Below, piece by piece: positions 41,772 to 53,281 of a stretch of DNA of 64,000 nt. Source of the DNA: Sarea resinae (Eukaryota); contig JAPEUD010000097.1 in the NCBI GenBank assembly GCA_026026165.1, positions 1 to 64,000 of the forward strand, given 5' to 3'. The translations under genes and the position numbers were made by a program. The first letter of the stretch is position 1; each line of letters opens with the position of its first letter. The notes beneath the pieces are model-generated. The model was not told where the DNA came from. It searched no databases and was given only the letters and a program-made list of their open reading frames with translations.

Positions 41772-42887
41772 TTACAGTATTCGGTCCCCGAGTGACCCAT
41801 TTCCAGCTCCACGTCCTGGAGAAGAGACTGATCGTTCGTCCGACTCATTGTCCCAGCTGCCCTGCCCTGAACTGCTCGGTTGACTTGTGACGCCACCACG
41901 AATCGCAAGGCTCGAAGTTTGCTTCCGCTCTCGGCGATGGTCCCTAGTATTAATCCCTATCTGGCGCCATTTCTTCGGTGGCTTCACTCCCAACTCAGCC
42001 ATCTTCGTCCAGATCGATTCGCCCCGTTTCTCCCACCTCTGCTTGCGGCTCGCTTCCTCCTCTTCATTCGGTTGCCATTTGCCCTTCAGAATCCTGCGGA
42101 TGGCTTCCGGAGAAACCTTAAATTGCTCCGCAAGGACTGGAGTGGTATATTTCAGGGGATATTGGGTGTTCAGAAGTCGAATCCCCTCTATGGCATCAGG
42201 TGAAAGTCGCTTGCGTGGTGCCCAGCCCCCTTCCCCGAATTTGCCTTTCAAAGCAGCTTTCTGGGACTGCCAGGGTTCACGTTTTACGCGGGGACGAGGC
42301 TCGTTGGCCGCATCGATGAACGGATCAGGCCTTTGCTTCCTAGAGCGACTAGCAGGATAGCCATCATTGCTCGCTGGCGTCGGTTCACGGAGGCGGCGAC
42401 TGTTGCGAGAGGTGTCGAGGGAAATCTTCGGGGTTTGCTTGGAGGACTTCGAAGTGACTTTCGCAATTGGAGGTATGCTGCGGAAGACTATGTCTGGCTC
42501 GGCATCTGTACCTATGCCTCGGTCTTCCGCTGACGGGGTCTGTTCACAGTGCTCAGACAATTTGGGGAAAGATGTTCCACTGTCCGGTGCTGTTTGACGT
42601 GGCGGCAGATCGCTGGGAGGCGTTTCAGATGAAGATGGTGGCGTCGAGGTCGGCATTTCTTCACCGAAAGGTAGGTAGGTGTCATCTTTAAGGGTCTTCG
42701 TGCTTCTTGCAGGAAAGGCCTTGCCACTGTAATGCGACTGCTGAAAGCTTGATCGTGGTCTTGGGTCGAGCAATTGTCTCGTGCGAACAGTCGGACGCGA
42801 AGCATAGGGGAAGCTCTTTACGTTGAGTCCTGTGGTCTCTCGGAGAAAGATGTGAAGCACCTTCGCGGAGCAAGCAGAGCACGCCAT
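41772..42887 (-). CDS. RRG9: Rrg9/Neugrin-family mitochondrial protein
   Basis: [32 protein letters not shown]...[20 protein letters not shown]; start at MACSACS inferred. Confidence 0.88.
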   Translation of the reverse strand: MACSACSAKVLHIFLRETTGLNVKSFPYASRPTVRTRQLLDPRPRSSFQQSHYSGKAFPARSTKTLKDDTYLPFGEEMPTSTPPSSSETPPSDLPPRQTAPDSGTSFPKLSEHCEQTPSAEDRGIGTDAEPDIVFRSIPPIAKVTSKSSKQTPKISLDTSRNSRRLREPTPASNDGYPASRSRKQRPDPFIDAANEPRPRVKREPWQSQKAALKGKFGEGGWAPRKRLSPDAIEGIRLLNTQYPLKYTTPVLAEQFKVSPEAIRRILKGKWQPNEEEEASRKQRWEKRGESIWTKMAELGVKPPKKWRQIGINTRDHRRERKQTSSLAIRGGVTSQPSSSGQGSWDNESDERSVSSPGRGAGNGSLGDRIL

Positions 42888-43514
42888 GCTGGAGTTGCAG
42901 ATACTGGCTTGCTCCCTTCTCCCTCTTGGTGATTTCAGTAGATGTATGTAGTACTCCGGAGTAGGAATCAGGAAAGATCTTGGGCAATTGAATCGAGTTG
43001 CACGAGACTTCCATTCGCAAGCGAAAATGCCCCATGCATGATTTCCCACGCGACGTCGCGGCGGCTATGTCGCTTCCCGCCTCGGCTGAGAGTCAATGTC
43101 AACGATGCCAAAGAATATTGAAATTGGATAGTTGCACAGCCAAGGAAGGTTGTACAGGGCAATTGCAATTTTGTTCCATTTCCAAATCCAGGGCATCTAC
43201 TATCAAGTGCTTTATAATGAATGCCTACCTTAGAAAATCCTTCTAGTTACCTGAACGTAATAATACTGAGCCTACAGAGTACTAAGTAAGGTACCTACTT
43301 TACCTTACTCTACCTTTGGTAGCGATTGGATCTAGGGGCATAGGGCCGGAAAGCGGTACCCAGTTGTCGTCATGACATGCCTTATCCGTCTATCAATGGA
43401 AAAGTAGGGAACCAACTTAGGACGTACTAAATGGAAATTCCTATATTCCAGAACCATTCAAAAATAAACATCTCAAAGATCCTTCAAACCACCAGTAATC
43501 ACCCCAAAGCGTTG

Positions 43515-45174
43515 ATGGCTTGGCCAAATCCTTTTCGGAAGCGCGACCACAATACTCGATTGTATAATACCGCTCGCCACCTCTGAAGATTCTTAGAAAG
43601 ATGAAAGCTGACCCTCTTGAAAACTAGTGCTTGGGACTACGAATTTCAATGGACAGATGAGCATTTTACGCCAGAGCAACTACACCCTCTGAAGTACAGC
43701 TACGATGAACTGGCCGATGGATGCCTCGAACGACTAAACAAGATATCTCCTCCCTTCAACCCTGCGGAGACCAAAAACGGGACTGGAGACAAACAAGGCG
43801 AATCGCAGGCCGAAAAAGCGCAAGGAAAGCCAAGAGATCTCTATGCTTTACTAAGGGATCATGCTACCGAGGATGATCAGCTTGAAAAGCTATGGAAAGA
43901 AGTGAACACGGTCCCTGATTTCGTCGATTGGGAACAAATCTCCCGTGGACAGGAAGTGTTCTATCGTTATGGTGGACCTGCATTGAACGGTGGGTGTTAA
44001 TGTGAGCAATCAAGGAGAGCAAAGCTGACCTGCAGACTTTAAGGCCTCGCATACCAGAGCCTTTTAGGCGGCATGTATGTCAGACTAGCTCGAGTCACTG
44101 AAATATTGATGCTGATGACTACCTTATCTTTGAAGGGGCGCCAATCGCGTGGTTGAGACACTTGCAAGGACTGGAGGCTTTTCCACCAAAGTAGCTCGTC
44201 GACGGATGTTCGAGACTACTCAGCACATCCTGCAATGTACGATGTCACTTGATTCGATCAAACCCGGCGGAGAGGGGCATGCTTCGTCGGTTCGGGTCCG
44301 GTTACTGCATGCTGCTGTCCGGCAGCGCATCCTGAAAATGGCCCAAACCAGACGCGATTACTACAGCGTCGAGAATTGGGGGATTCCAATCAACGATCTA
44401 GACTGCATTGCCACTATCGGCACTTTCTCTGCAACCCTCATCTGGCTGAGCTTTCCACGGCAGGGGTTATGGCTGCGCGATCAAGAGATTAAAGACTATA
44501 TAGCTCTTTGGAGACTGATCGCGTGGTATACGGGCACTCCTACCGATACCTTCGAAACGCCGGAGAAGGCAAGGGCCATGATGGAGTCACTTCTCATCTC
44601 GGAGATTGAGCCATCGGAGACCTCCAAGATCCTTGCTAACAACATCATTAAGAGTCTAGAGGCCCAGCCACCGGGATATGCCTCAAGGGATTTCCTTTAC
44701 GCCAGTGCTAGATGGCTGAATGGTGACGCGCTTTCTGATCGACTGGGGCTCGGCCGACCTAGTATCTACTACTGGCTTTTGGTCGTAGGGCAGAATCTGT
44801 TTTTCATGGGCATATGCTATTTATATCGATCTGTCCCGTTTCTGGATAGGAGGAAGATTTCCGTGAGTGCATCTTACGTTCGGAAAATAAATGACATATT
44901 AATGCTCGTTCCTCAGACACTTCGGAGACTCTTTTACACCATCATTGTCGAGCGTCAGACGGGACTTGCAGGAAAGCCCACGCTCTTTGAATTCAAATAC
45001 GTGCCCGAATATCACACCCTCACACAAATGGGCGAGCCAGAGGAAGAAGCAACGAAGCGTGTTGGAGTCGAACGCCGGAATCTCCGAGCACTCCTGATAG
45101 CGACAATTTGCCTTGGTCTTGTCACCTGGTGCGGTGTCAAGGTCGTGTTTGGCCTTGCTGGTTTGTTGATTTAG
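43515..45174 (+). CDS. DUF2236 / MpaB-like (Lcp-fold) membrane-anchored oxygenase-like protein
   Basis: VPDFVDWEQISRGQEVFYRY, VETLARTGGF, VRVRLLHAAVR, GIPINDLD, YIALWRLIAWYTG; C-terminal hydrophobic anchor; several introns and a ~31-nt exon. Confidence 0.85.
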
Positions 45175-45338
45175 TTGACGAAAGGAGCGCGTATAGAAAT
45201 TAGAATCAACGTTTCCCGTCACATATCCTCACGGATCTCTAGATGCCCAGTTGGCGGTACATTCACACTTCCCCACATGTACGATCGAGTCCTGCATCGA
45301 TCGTGTTTCATCCTCTCGATTACCTGTGCATGCTTCGG

Positions 45339-45403
45339 TACAGATTTACTGTACAGATTTACTGTACAGATTTACTGTACAGATTTACTGTACAGATTTA
45401 CTG
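45339..45403. repeat. Perfect tandem repeat (TACAGATTTACTG)x5
   Basis: Five identical 13-bp units read directly. Confidence 0.97.
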
Positions 45404-46230
45404 GTTCCTATCGCCATGGATGGCTATATTGTGAGCCAAGAGCACCCTGAAGAACGTGCACGACGAAGAAGGCAAGCACGCGTGGAGCTAGGGAGCGGGT
45501 CGGCCACGGATAGGGGATAGTGTAGCACCCGAGTCCTTCCAAGTACCCACTGTCGTGCTCGCTACTGCGACTTACCGCCCCGAGGGGACTCGAGGGACAC
45601 CACAAATGGGGACAATCTACTTCCTACACAAGGGTTCCCTGGGTGCTATCTCGCATGAGTTCAGGCCATCACAAATCCACCAGAATGCTCGCTTGATCAG
45701 TTCTGGATTCCGTCCCTGTTCCCGTGCCGTAAACAAGTCTCGTAAACCCTGGTCGGCCGACTCTGCCTCGTCCTTCTCCCCTTCTCCCCCAATGATTGAC
45801 GGCGGAACAGCTTCATCCTGATCTTCATCTTCATCTTCATCTCCATCGACATTCATTCTCACCTTCACCTTCATCTTCGTCTTCCATCGAGACGGATTGA
45901 CATCGTCATCTTCGGCCTTGGGGTTTTGCTTGGGCATCCAACCACCATCACCACCATCACCACTTTCATTCATCCCCAACTGCAATCCCCGTTCGTTCCT
46001 TCTCAATTCCTCTTCTGTGCTGCCAATTGAGCCATCTCATGCCTCTCGCTCGCTCGTCTCTCCTTCCTGCAACCAACATTAATGCTCGTCTTCTCTTTAC
46101 CTCGCCATATCGAGCATCGACGTATTCGATCACCAATGCTTACCGGATCACCATCCGACCGGGACAGACGCGTCTTTGACTAGTTGACTCGACCTCACGT
46201 CTTCTCCATTTCGTCCATGACATGTAAGCC

Positions 46231-49200
46231 ATGGCATTTACGCCTTCGAGTTCACGGATGAACCCTACGAATTCATCTACGGGACTTCGACTCACGCATC
46301 TCAACACTTCTTCATACCGAAATTTACAGGCCAAGAGCCCGTGCAAATCGACGCCGTACGATTCATGTCTTTCATTGAGGCAGGTCATTGGAACGACGAC
46401 TTGCTCTGCGGCCAGCTTCGACTGCCTCCCATGGAAGAGATTGTTCGCTTCTACGGCCGGCGCTGCTGCAATTGTGATCAAAGTCGACGATGACCTGAGG
46501 GTATGCCAGCGGTTCTTCAGAGCGAGGCCGACCGCGCAGCCCGTTGCGTCCACCAATGGGTCTTATTACCCCTCAACACCGACACCTGCAACAGCTGAGT
46601 CACGTACTCGGACTGTCGCATCGTTGCGAGATGCCGGGATAGGATATTCTGCGATCAACTCGCCCATGTCAGACTGGGGAGAATCACCGAGCTCAAAGAC
46701 TTGGTCAGCCCGAGAGCGGGTCAAAGCTGCCACATCCGTTTCTTTCAGTCCGGATGGGAAGTTCTTAGCTGTCGGCGAGGTATGCTTGAAGCTATGAAGA
46801 GCCAAACATCTTGCTGACATTTTCCTAGACGGGCTATAAACCACGCGTACTTATATTTTCTTTGGCCGAAGATGCATCTTCGGACATTCCCTTAGCTGTC
46901 CTCTCTGAACATGGGCATGGAGTGAGATGCGTTGCCTTCAGCCCCAATTCACAATTCTTAGCCAGCTTGGGAACAATGAATGATGGATTCCTCTATATTT
47001 GGGCGGTCAATCCACGGACAGGTTCAGCAAGATTGCTCTCGAGCAATAAGTGTACGAGCCATGTTAGACACATGGCTTGGATGGGAAACAAACTCGTAAC
47101 GTGTGTTTCTTGGAGTGCTACTCGACGATGCTCGCTGACTCGTGATTTTAGGGTCGGTACAAGGCATGTCAAGGTGTGGCGGGTGGAAGATCCGGTCACA
47201 TATTCTCCGTCGAAGCAGCGATCTATGCTCGAGGGAACCCCTCAGGCTACGCCTGTAGCATCTGCCCCAAAATCGCTACCTGGGAAAAATTGCCTTCTCG
47301 GCTCCTTGATCGAGTCAACCTTCACCTGCGTGGCCCACATTTCACACGATAAAGCGATTATATGCACAGAAAAGGGTGACGTTTGTCTATTGGATGACAG
47401 TGATGGTGCACAGCGGCTTTCCAGAGTAGCCCACGCCGGCTTCCCAGTGAATTCGGTAACGGTCGAATCCGGAAGCTCCTTTGCGTTTGTTGGAGGGATC
47501 AACGGAAATATCAAGACGTTAGTACTAGAAGATCTCACCGCGCCACGAACTCCCACAACACCATCTTCGCGCCCAGGCTCGCCGCGGAAATTTCACAGCA
47601 ATGATCATGTGGCGGATCTGGTGGCAATGGGTTCTATGGGTGATCATCTGGTTACGGTTGACACAAAGCACGCCATCAAGATCATCGATGTGAAACCCGA
47701 TATGGGTGTGCCCCAAGCTGGTTCACCACTTCTACAACTCCCGGCGCATCCGGATGCGGTCCGAGGAGTGAGAATATTACCCGAAACCAACAATTTCGGA
47801 TCTTCATTTTTCACATGGTCGGCAGGAGGTATCATACTCTTTTGGAGTGTCGACGGCACATTCAGGGGCGAAATGGGCGTGGAACTGGAGCAATTACTTA
47901 CCAGCGAGGATGATATTCCTAACGAGCTGAAGGTGGTGCAGGCATCGCCCAAGGCCGATTTCTTTGTTTCAGGGGACAAGTATGGGGTTTTGAGGTACGT
48001 TGCCCTCATTACTGTCTGAAGTACGATATTAAATTCAGGCAGGGTCATTGATGGTGCAACGCGGAAAAGTACATTTCATATTAAGGCGCACGGGGGGGAG
48101 ATTACTGATATCGCCATTTATCAAAACGAGAAGGCTACGCTGATTGCCAGTTGCGCACGCGATCGGATGGTCCAACTTTTTCGGCGCACGGGGGATACGT
48201 GGGACTTGATCCAGACACTGGATGAACACGTTGGAGCTATTGGAAAGGTGTTATTTCTGCAGGATGGCGAGAAATTATTGTCTTGCTCATCTGATCGCAC
48301 CGTCGTCATAAGGGAGCTGATGTCTCGGGAAGTGGCAGGGGACACGATCATGGCATATTCACCATTACGAATCTTGACATTGAAAGCTACACCTATCTCG
48401 ATGGCAACCGTGCCAGGTGGTGGAAATCTAATCGTTTCCACGATCGATAGGCAGATTCAGCAGTTCGATATCACCTCTGGACGACAAACTCAGGTCTTCA
48501 AGGCTACGGATCAGGATGGGAATGATGCCGTCGTTATGGATGCTTTGCTTACTTGCAGTAGCACTCAGGTAGGCTCTAGCATGCTCTTGGCAGGAGTTTC
48601 GACGACGGATAAGTCAATACGGATCTATGATCTCAATAATTCAAGCATGATGGATAAAGTTTATGGGCATACTGCGGGGGTCACCGACGTGGCCCTTCTT
48701 GAAAGAGAAGGCAACGGGGACGAGCCGACAAAGAAGACACTGATCAGTACTGGGTGCGATGGGACCGTCATGATATGGGACATTGTTTCTCAGACCACGC
48801 GATTGCTAGAACCATTCGAACCAACGAGAGATGCTCCTGAAGAGCCTCAAACAAAAGAATTGACGGCAGCCAAAGCCCCGTTGCGACGCGTGCTTTCACG
48901 ATCAGAACTCGCCGAGTTCCAAAAAGCATCACAATGGGAGGGGCCCACCCCAAATTCATCGCCATCCTCGAATCGGTCACCACCACGAGCACTTCGCAAA
49001 AAGACCTCGCGGTTTTCTCTCGCTACGACGCAGAGACCGGGGAATGGACAAATACCCCCTCTTCCAACCACCAGCCAAATTTCTCCAATACCTGCTCTGT
49101 CCGAACCGACAGGACGGAAGGGTATACTTCGAGATCGATCACCGACACCTCCGAGTCCCAAGAACAACAACCGCCTTCCACGTCGACCTTCTTTTGATGG

Positions 49201-49582
49201 CCGTTCTCGCACCAAGAGTGCAGGGAATGTGAACGAGTTTGGCACGCTCAATATGTCGACGGAGCAAGTCTGTCGAACATTGCGCGCCTATCGGAGGAAG
49301 CTTAATTCCTCGTCGGAAACAGTCCGCGCCGAGAACGTCAAAGAGCTCGAGCGTGAGCTCAGCTTGACGGCGAGAGCACTCGGAGATAAAGCTATCAAGA
49401 CTCAGGAGCTGAGTGAAACGGTCGTGGTAAAACTTTTGGATCAGTACTCGGACAAGCTCGTGGAGATTCTAGATCAGAAAATTGCTATGAGTTTGGCAAA
49501 GAAGAGAGGGTCCGACGGGACGCTCGACTTGGGTACGGATCCCAGTGAGCCCAGTGGGAGCGATATCGTTGGGGAGGGATAA
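46231..49582 (+). CDS. WD40-repeat protein, WDR62/MAPKBP1-like
   Basis: LSLRQVIGTT, SFSPDGKFLAVGE, VAFSPNSQFLASLG, LDEHVGAI, GHTAGVTDV, DGTVMIWD; three introns; C-terminal coiled coil. Confidence 0.85.
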
Positions 49583-50682
49583 TGTTTATGTGATTGACTG
49601 GATAGGCAGGCTGCAATCGGTGCATGGTATTGGGCGTAAAGGTGTTCATTCATCAAGTGGCGTAAGGCTTGGGAATTTTTGCAGCGTTTCAGCATATCGT
49701 TATATCTCGTCGTCCTTTCCGCGGCTTGCATCTTTTCTTTGTTTGAAAGCGTTCACTCATCCACGTCTTATTCTTCACCGACAACCCTTACGCTTTTCAA
49801 GTCCTCTTTCTTCTCTTTCTTTTTCATTCTCGCGGGCGCTTCGATCCATCGATAGATATATACCCTTACTCTTTTTGTGTGTCTGTATTTTTACTCCTTT
49901 CTCTTCTGACTCCGCTCGTCATCACTCGCGGCATTTCTTTCCTCTTTATGTGGCTTTCATCACACAGATGTTATAGAAGCATGGGTAACCGAATTACTTA
50001 GTCTAAAAGTAGTCTGAGTCAATGCATGGATGGGTGAGCAGTCCAGAGGGACCTCTGTCCTCAACTGGAATGCCCTTCCCGATTCTTTTCGAAGGCCGAG
50101 CGATTTCTTGGCCGCGACTGTTGTGATGGATCTCGTGTTTGATTTGAATAGTGAAATTGAGGAGGTGCTTATCATGTATCGTTGATTCAAGTATATGACT
50201 GGACTTGATTTACTATGCTAGCTGAAGAAAATAGTCATGAGTGTTAGGAGCATTATGGACATTCATGGGCCATATAGGGGAAGAACAGCGGCGGTGGTAG
50301 TGGTGTTATTGAGCAATGTTTGAGCAAATGGCGGGCTGAGGCGGACGGCAAAGGGAATTACAAGACGGCAGACGCCAGACAACATGGCGCAAAAGAATAA
50401 AAAGAACCGCTGGCATCCACATGTGGGCAAGAGAAGCCCGTATGGCCATCATATCCCTTCGACGTCAGCTTCCCACCCCTGCGAACCGGACGGGACGAGA
50501 CAAGACGAGACGAGACGATCAAGCTGCGAAGGTAAGCTATAGGCTTTTTCTGCCATGGACCCATCTAGATGACGACCACAATGACGGCGAAGACGATAAC
50601 GACGGTAAATATTAGCGAAGAGCCGAACATTCAGTGCCGTCTCGACCACGGTCCGCAACACAGTCAGCTCGCGATACCTACC

Positions 50683-52551
50683 TTACACAGCAGGATGCAA
50701 GACCTCGAGCGCGCGTTCCAGATTCCACGGTTTCAGGTCCCACCGCAGCACCGGCGGACCGCTCATCGGCGACGGCTCCGTCGACACCGAGTAGCTGGGT
50801 GTGTACTCTGGCACGCGGATCGCGCGTAAGAGCCCTCTGGTCGCGTTGTTGGTCCCGTCCCGCTGCTCTCCTGCTCCTCGTCCTTCTCCTCTGCTGTGCT
50901 GCTTGCCTTCGGGTCCCGATACCGGGCCGGCAAGAACGCTCGCGGGCGGCAGGCCTAGGACGAAAGGCCCTTCTTCTTTCCGCCGACTGTCGGGGAAGAC
51001 GGTAGGAAGCAGCAGCACGCGTGCGTGCGGGGCCTGTCGCTCTGGTAGCTCGAGGACCGTCCTTGTCGTCGTTGCGTTGCTGGTCGCCGAGTTGCTGTAA
51101 CTGTGCAGGGACAGCGGGCGTGATGGGTGCGGGTGCGGGTACGGGGTGGGCGTCAGTTCGACCAGCTGCGTCTGAAGCGGGTGGTTGGCGTTTGGAAATA
51201 AGGTGGTGGGGTTTATGCTGTTTGCGTCTACCCTCGTCGTCGTTGTGTTCGCGTCTTGAGTGGTGATAGATGTCTCGAGAGCTGTTGCCACTGCTGGTGT
51301 TGTTGTTGCTGCTGCTGCTGTTGTCGTTGTTGGACGCGGAGAGGACGGACAATTGTTGTCCACTGACCATGTCTCCTCGACCTCTTCGATCAACTCGGCG
51401 AACGTGGTAGCTGCCGCGGTGGTCGGTTCCCCTTTCCCGACATCACTGGAACTCGCCAAAGATGTCTCGATGGCAACTTCGTCTGCAAACCGGACGTGGA
51501 TGCGTTCGGCGGCCTTGAATACGCCCGTGGTGGTCTGCAGCGCTTCTTCTGGGGTCTTGCTTGAGCTCATGCGCATTTCCATGCGTGACCGATACGCGAG
51601 ACTTTTCCCCTTCAATGCCTCTTTGGCCGGGGCCGCAGGGGCTGGAGTAGGAGTGGAGGGAGGCGAAGGAGGAGGAGGAGGAGGAGGAGGAGACGGAGCA
51701 CTGGTAGACGCACCAAAATGGTGATCATGATGATGACCCGGGATGCCACAGTCACAGGAGCACTGCACGTCGGTGCTCCACCTCCGCCTGCTGTTCCGCG
51801 GAATCGGCGCCGGCATCGAGGACCCTGGTTCGGGCCTCGCAGTCGCATCCGTCACTGCTTGCTCTGGCTCGTGCCTGGGACTTCCTGCTGATGCTGGCAC
51901 TGCTGCTGGCGGTGGGGTAGGAGTCGAGATCGGAGCCGTCGGTGCCGCAGGAACTGAGGTATTCGTTCGCACGGGAGGTGAAGCAGCAGCAGCAGCAGCA
52001 ATAGCAGACGTCGTCATCAACCTGCTCTGATTCGCCCTGCTCTGCGTTACGTTTACGTCACTCTCGCTGCTGGCAAACTCAACCTCGGTTTCGTCACTCG
52101 GCGCCATGGCGTCTCTGAAGGCCTGGCTCGTCTCCGACGCGCCGAAGTGCGTGCGCCTTGCTAGGATGCTCAGGGAGACTCGTAGAAGGTCTAGACGTGG
52201 TGAGATTGTCCCTAGGCCGTCGAAGAGGGAGCGTGCCATGCGAAGAGCGGCGTCTTGGGATGGTGTTAGGGGGCGGGATGGAGAGATTTGATCAGGAGTG
52301 CTTGGCGGTGGTGGTGGGGGCGGTGATGGCGATGCTGACCGTGATGGGCGAGGAGAGGTGGGAGGTTGATCTTGACCTTGGCTTTGATCATCTTGAGCGA
52401 GATCTGATCTCGGTGCTCCTTGAGTCGGCAGCAGCTGAGAAGCGGGCAGGAGATGAGGTAAAGGAGGAAAAGAGAGGGGACGAGGATGCGGTCGTATCAA
52501 AAGAGAAGAAAAAGAAGGCCCCCCTTCGTCGGTGGGGATTAGTTCACGCAT
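50683..52551 (-). CDS. Orphan Pro/Thr/Ala-rich protein (up to 622 aa; start may be MARSLF near 52239)
   Basis: Uninterrupted 622-codon frame; low complexity; no recognised domain. Confidence 0.55.
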   Translation of the reverse strand: MRELIPTDEGGPSFSSLLIRPHPRPLSFPPLPHLLPASQLLPTQGAPRSDLAQDDQSQGQDQPPTSPRPSRSASPSPPPPPPPSTPDQISPSRPLTPSQDAALRMARSLFDGLGTISPRLDLLRVSLSILARRTHFGASETSQAFRDAMAPSDETEVEFASSESDVNVTQSRANQSRLMTTSAIAAAAAASPPVRTNTSVPAAPTAPISTPTPPPAAVPASAGSPRHEPEQAVTDATARPEPGSSMPAPIPRNSRRRWSTDVQCSCDCGIPGHHHDHHFGASTSAPSPPPPPPPPSPPSTPTPAPAAPAKEALKGKSLAYRSRMEMRMSSSKTPEEALQTTTGVFKAAERIHVRFADEVAIETSLASSSDVGKGEPTTAAATTFAELIEEVEETWSVDNNCPSSPRPTTTTAAAATTTPAVATALETSITTQDANTTTTRVDANSINPTTLFPNANHPLQTQLVELTPTPYPHPHPSRPLSLHSYSNSATSNATTTRTVLELPERQAPHARVLLLPTVFPDSRRKEEGPFVLGLPPASVLAGPVSGPEGKQHSRGEGRGAGEQRDGTNNATRGLLRAIRVPEYTPSYSVSTEPSPMSGPPVLRWDLKPWNLERALEVLHPAV

Positions 52552-52908
52552 GAAGGATGTGTGTGTGAGTGGTAGCGGAAAATCGAATTGGGAAAGCCCT
52601 AATGACGAAGAAAAGAGAAAGAGGCAAAGGAAGAAGAGGGAGTGCTCCTTTCGTCATTGGTGGTGCCGTGACCACCGCACACTTCAGGAGATGAGAGGGT
52701 TTCGTCATTCACTGTCTCCTCGTCTTGGTGGTGATGGTGGTGGTGCTGTGATTGTTGCTCTGCGGCAAAGTGCTGCCATCCAAGCCGGTAGGGCTTGACT
52801 CCCACATCCTCCTTGTCTTCGACATCCTGCGAATCTCATCTGGATCTTCAAATTCGTCTATCTCTGCCTCTTACACGTTAGAGTGGTGAAAGATAGAGCC
52901 CAGTCCAT

Positions 52909-52972
52909 GGCCAGAAGTTTGAATACACTTACCTCGGCCTAAGCGTGAGGAGGTGTATTCAAACTTCTGGCC
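52909..52972. repeat. Perfect 20-bp inverted repeat with 24-nt spacer
   Basis: GGCCAGAAGTTTGAATACAC (52909-52928) / GTGTATTCAAACTTCTGGCC (52953-52972). Confidence 0.97.
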
Positions 52973-53281
52973 GCCCACTAAAGCAAGTATCTTGATGGTC
53001 ATCATTTTCACCATCATCACTGTTATCATCATCATCATTGTCATCGTTGTCACCATCATCATCATAATGATCACGATGCAAGGCAGAGAAAGGAAAAGCT
53101 CGATCAAGCAAAAGAAAGGTAAGCTGATTCTATCACCTTACGTACAAAGGAAATCCCGGAAGATTCTGATCTTGGTGATCAGATCCAGAACACGAGAACA
53201 ATGAGCATACAAGACTGCGAAGAAAGACACGAAGTAAAGGAAAGAAAGCGGTCTGCGAAGGGCAAGACAGAGATGAAGAGA

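Noticed and set aside
45339..45403. CRISPR-like array
   Set aside because: Head-to-tail repeats without spacers, in a eukaryotic genome.
45617..46006. 129-aa acidic minus-strand ORF
   Set aside because: Antisense of the CT-rich, triplet-repeat leader of the WD40 gene.
52590..52802. RNase MRP-like P4 words GAAAGCCC / GGGCTTGACTC
   Set aside because: Pairing is simply nested, with no room for P2/P3 or the pseudoknot; a cmscan would settle it.
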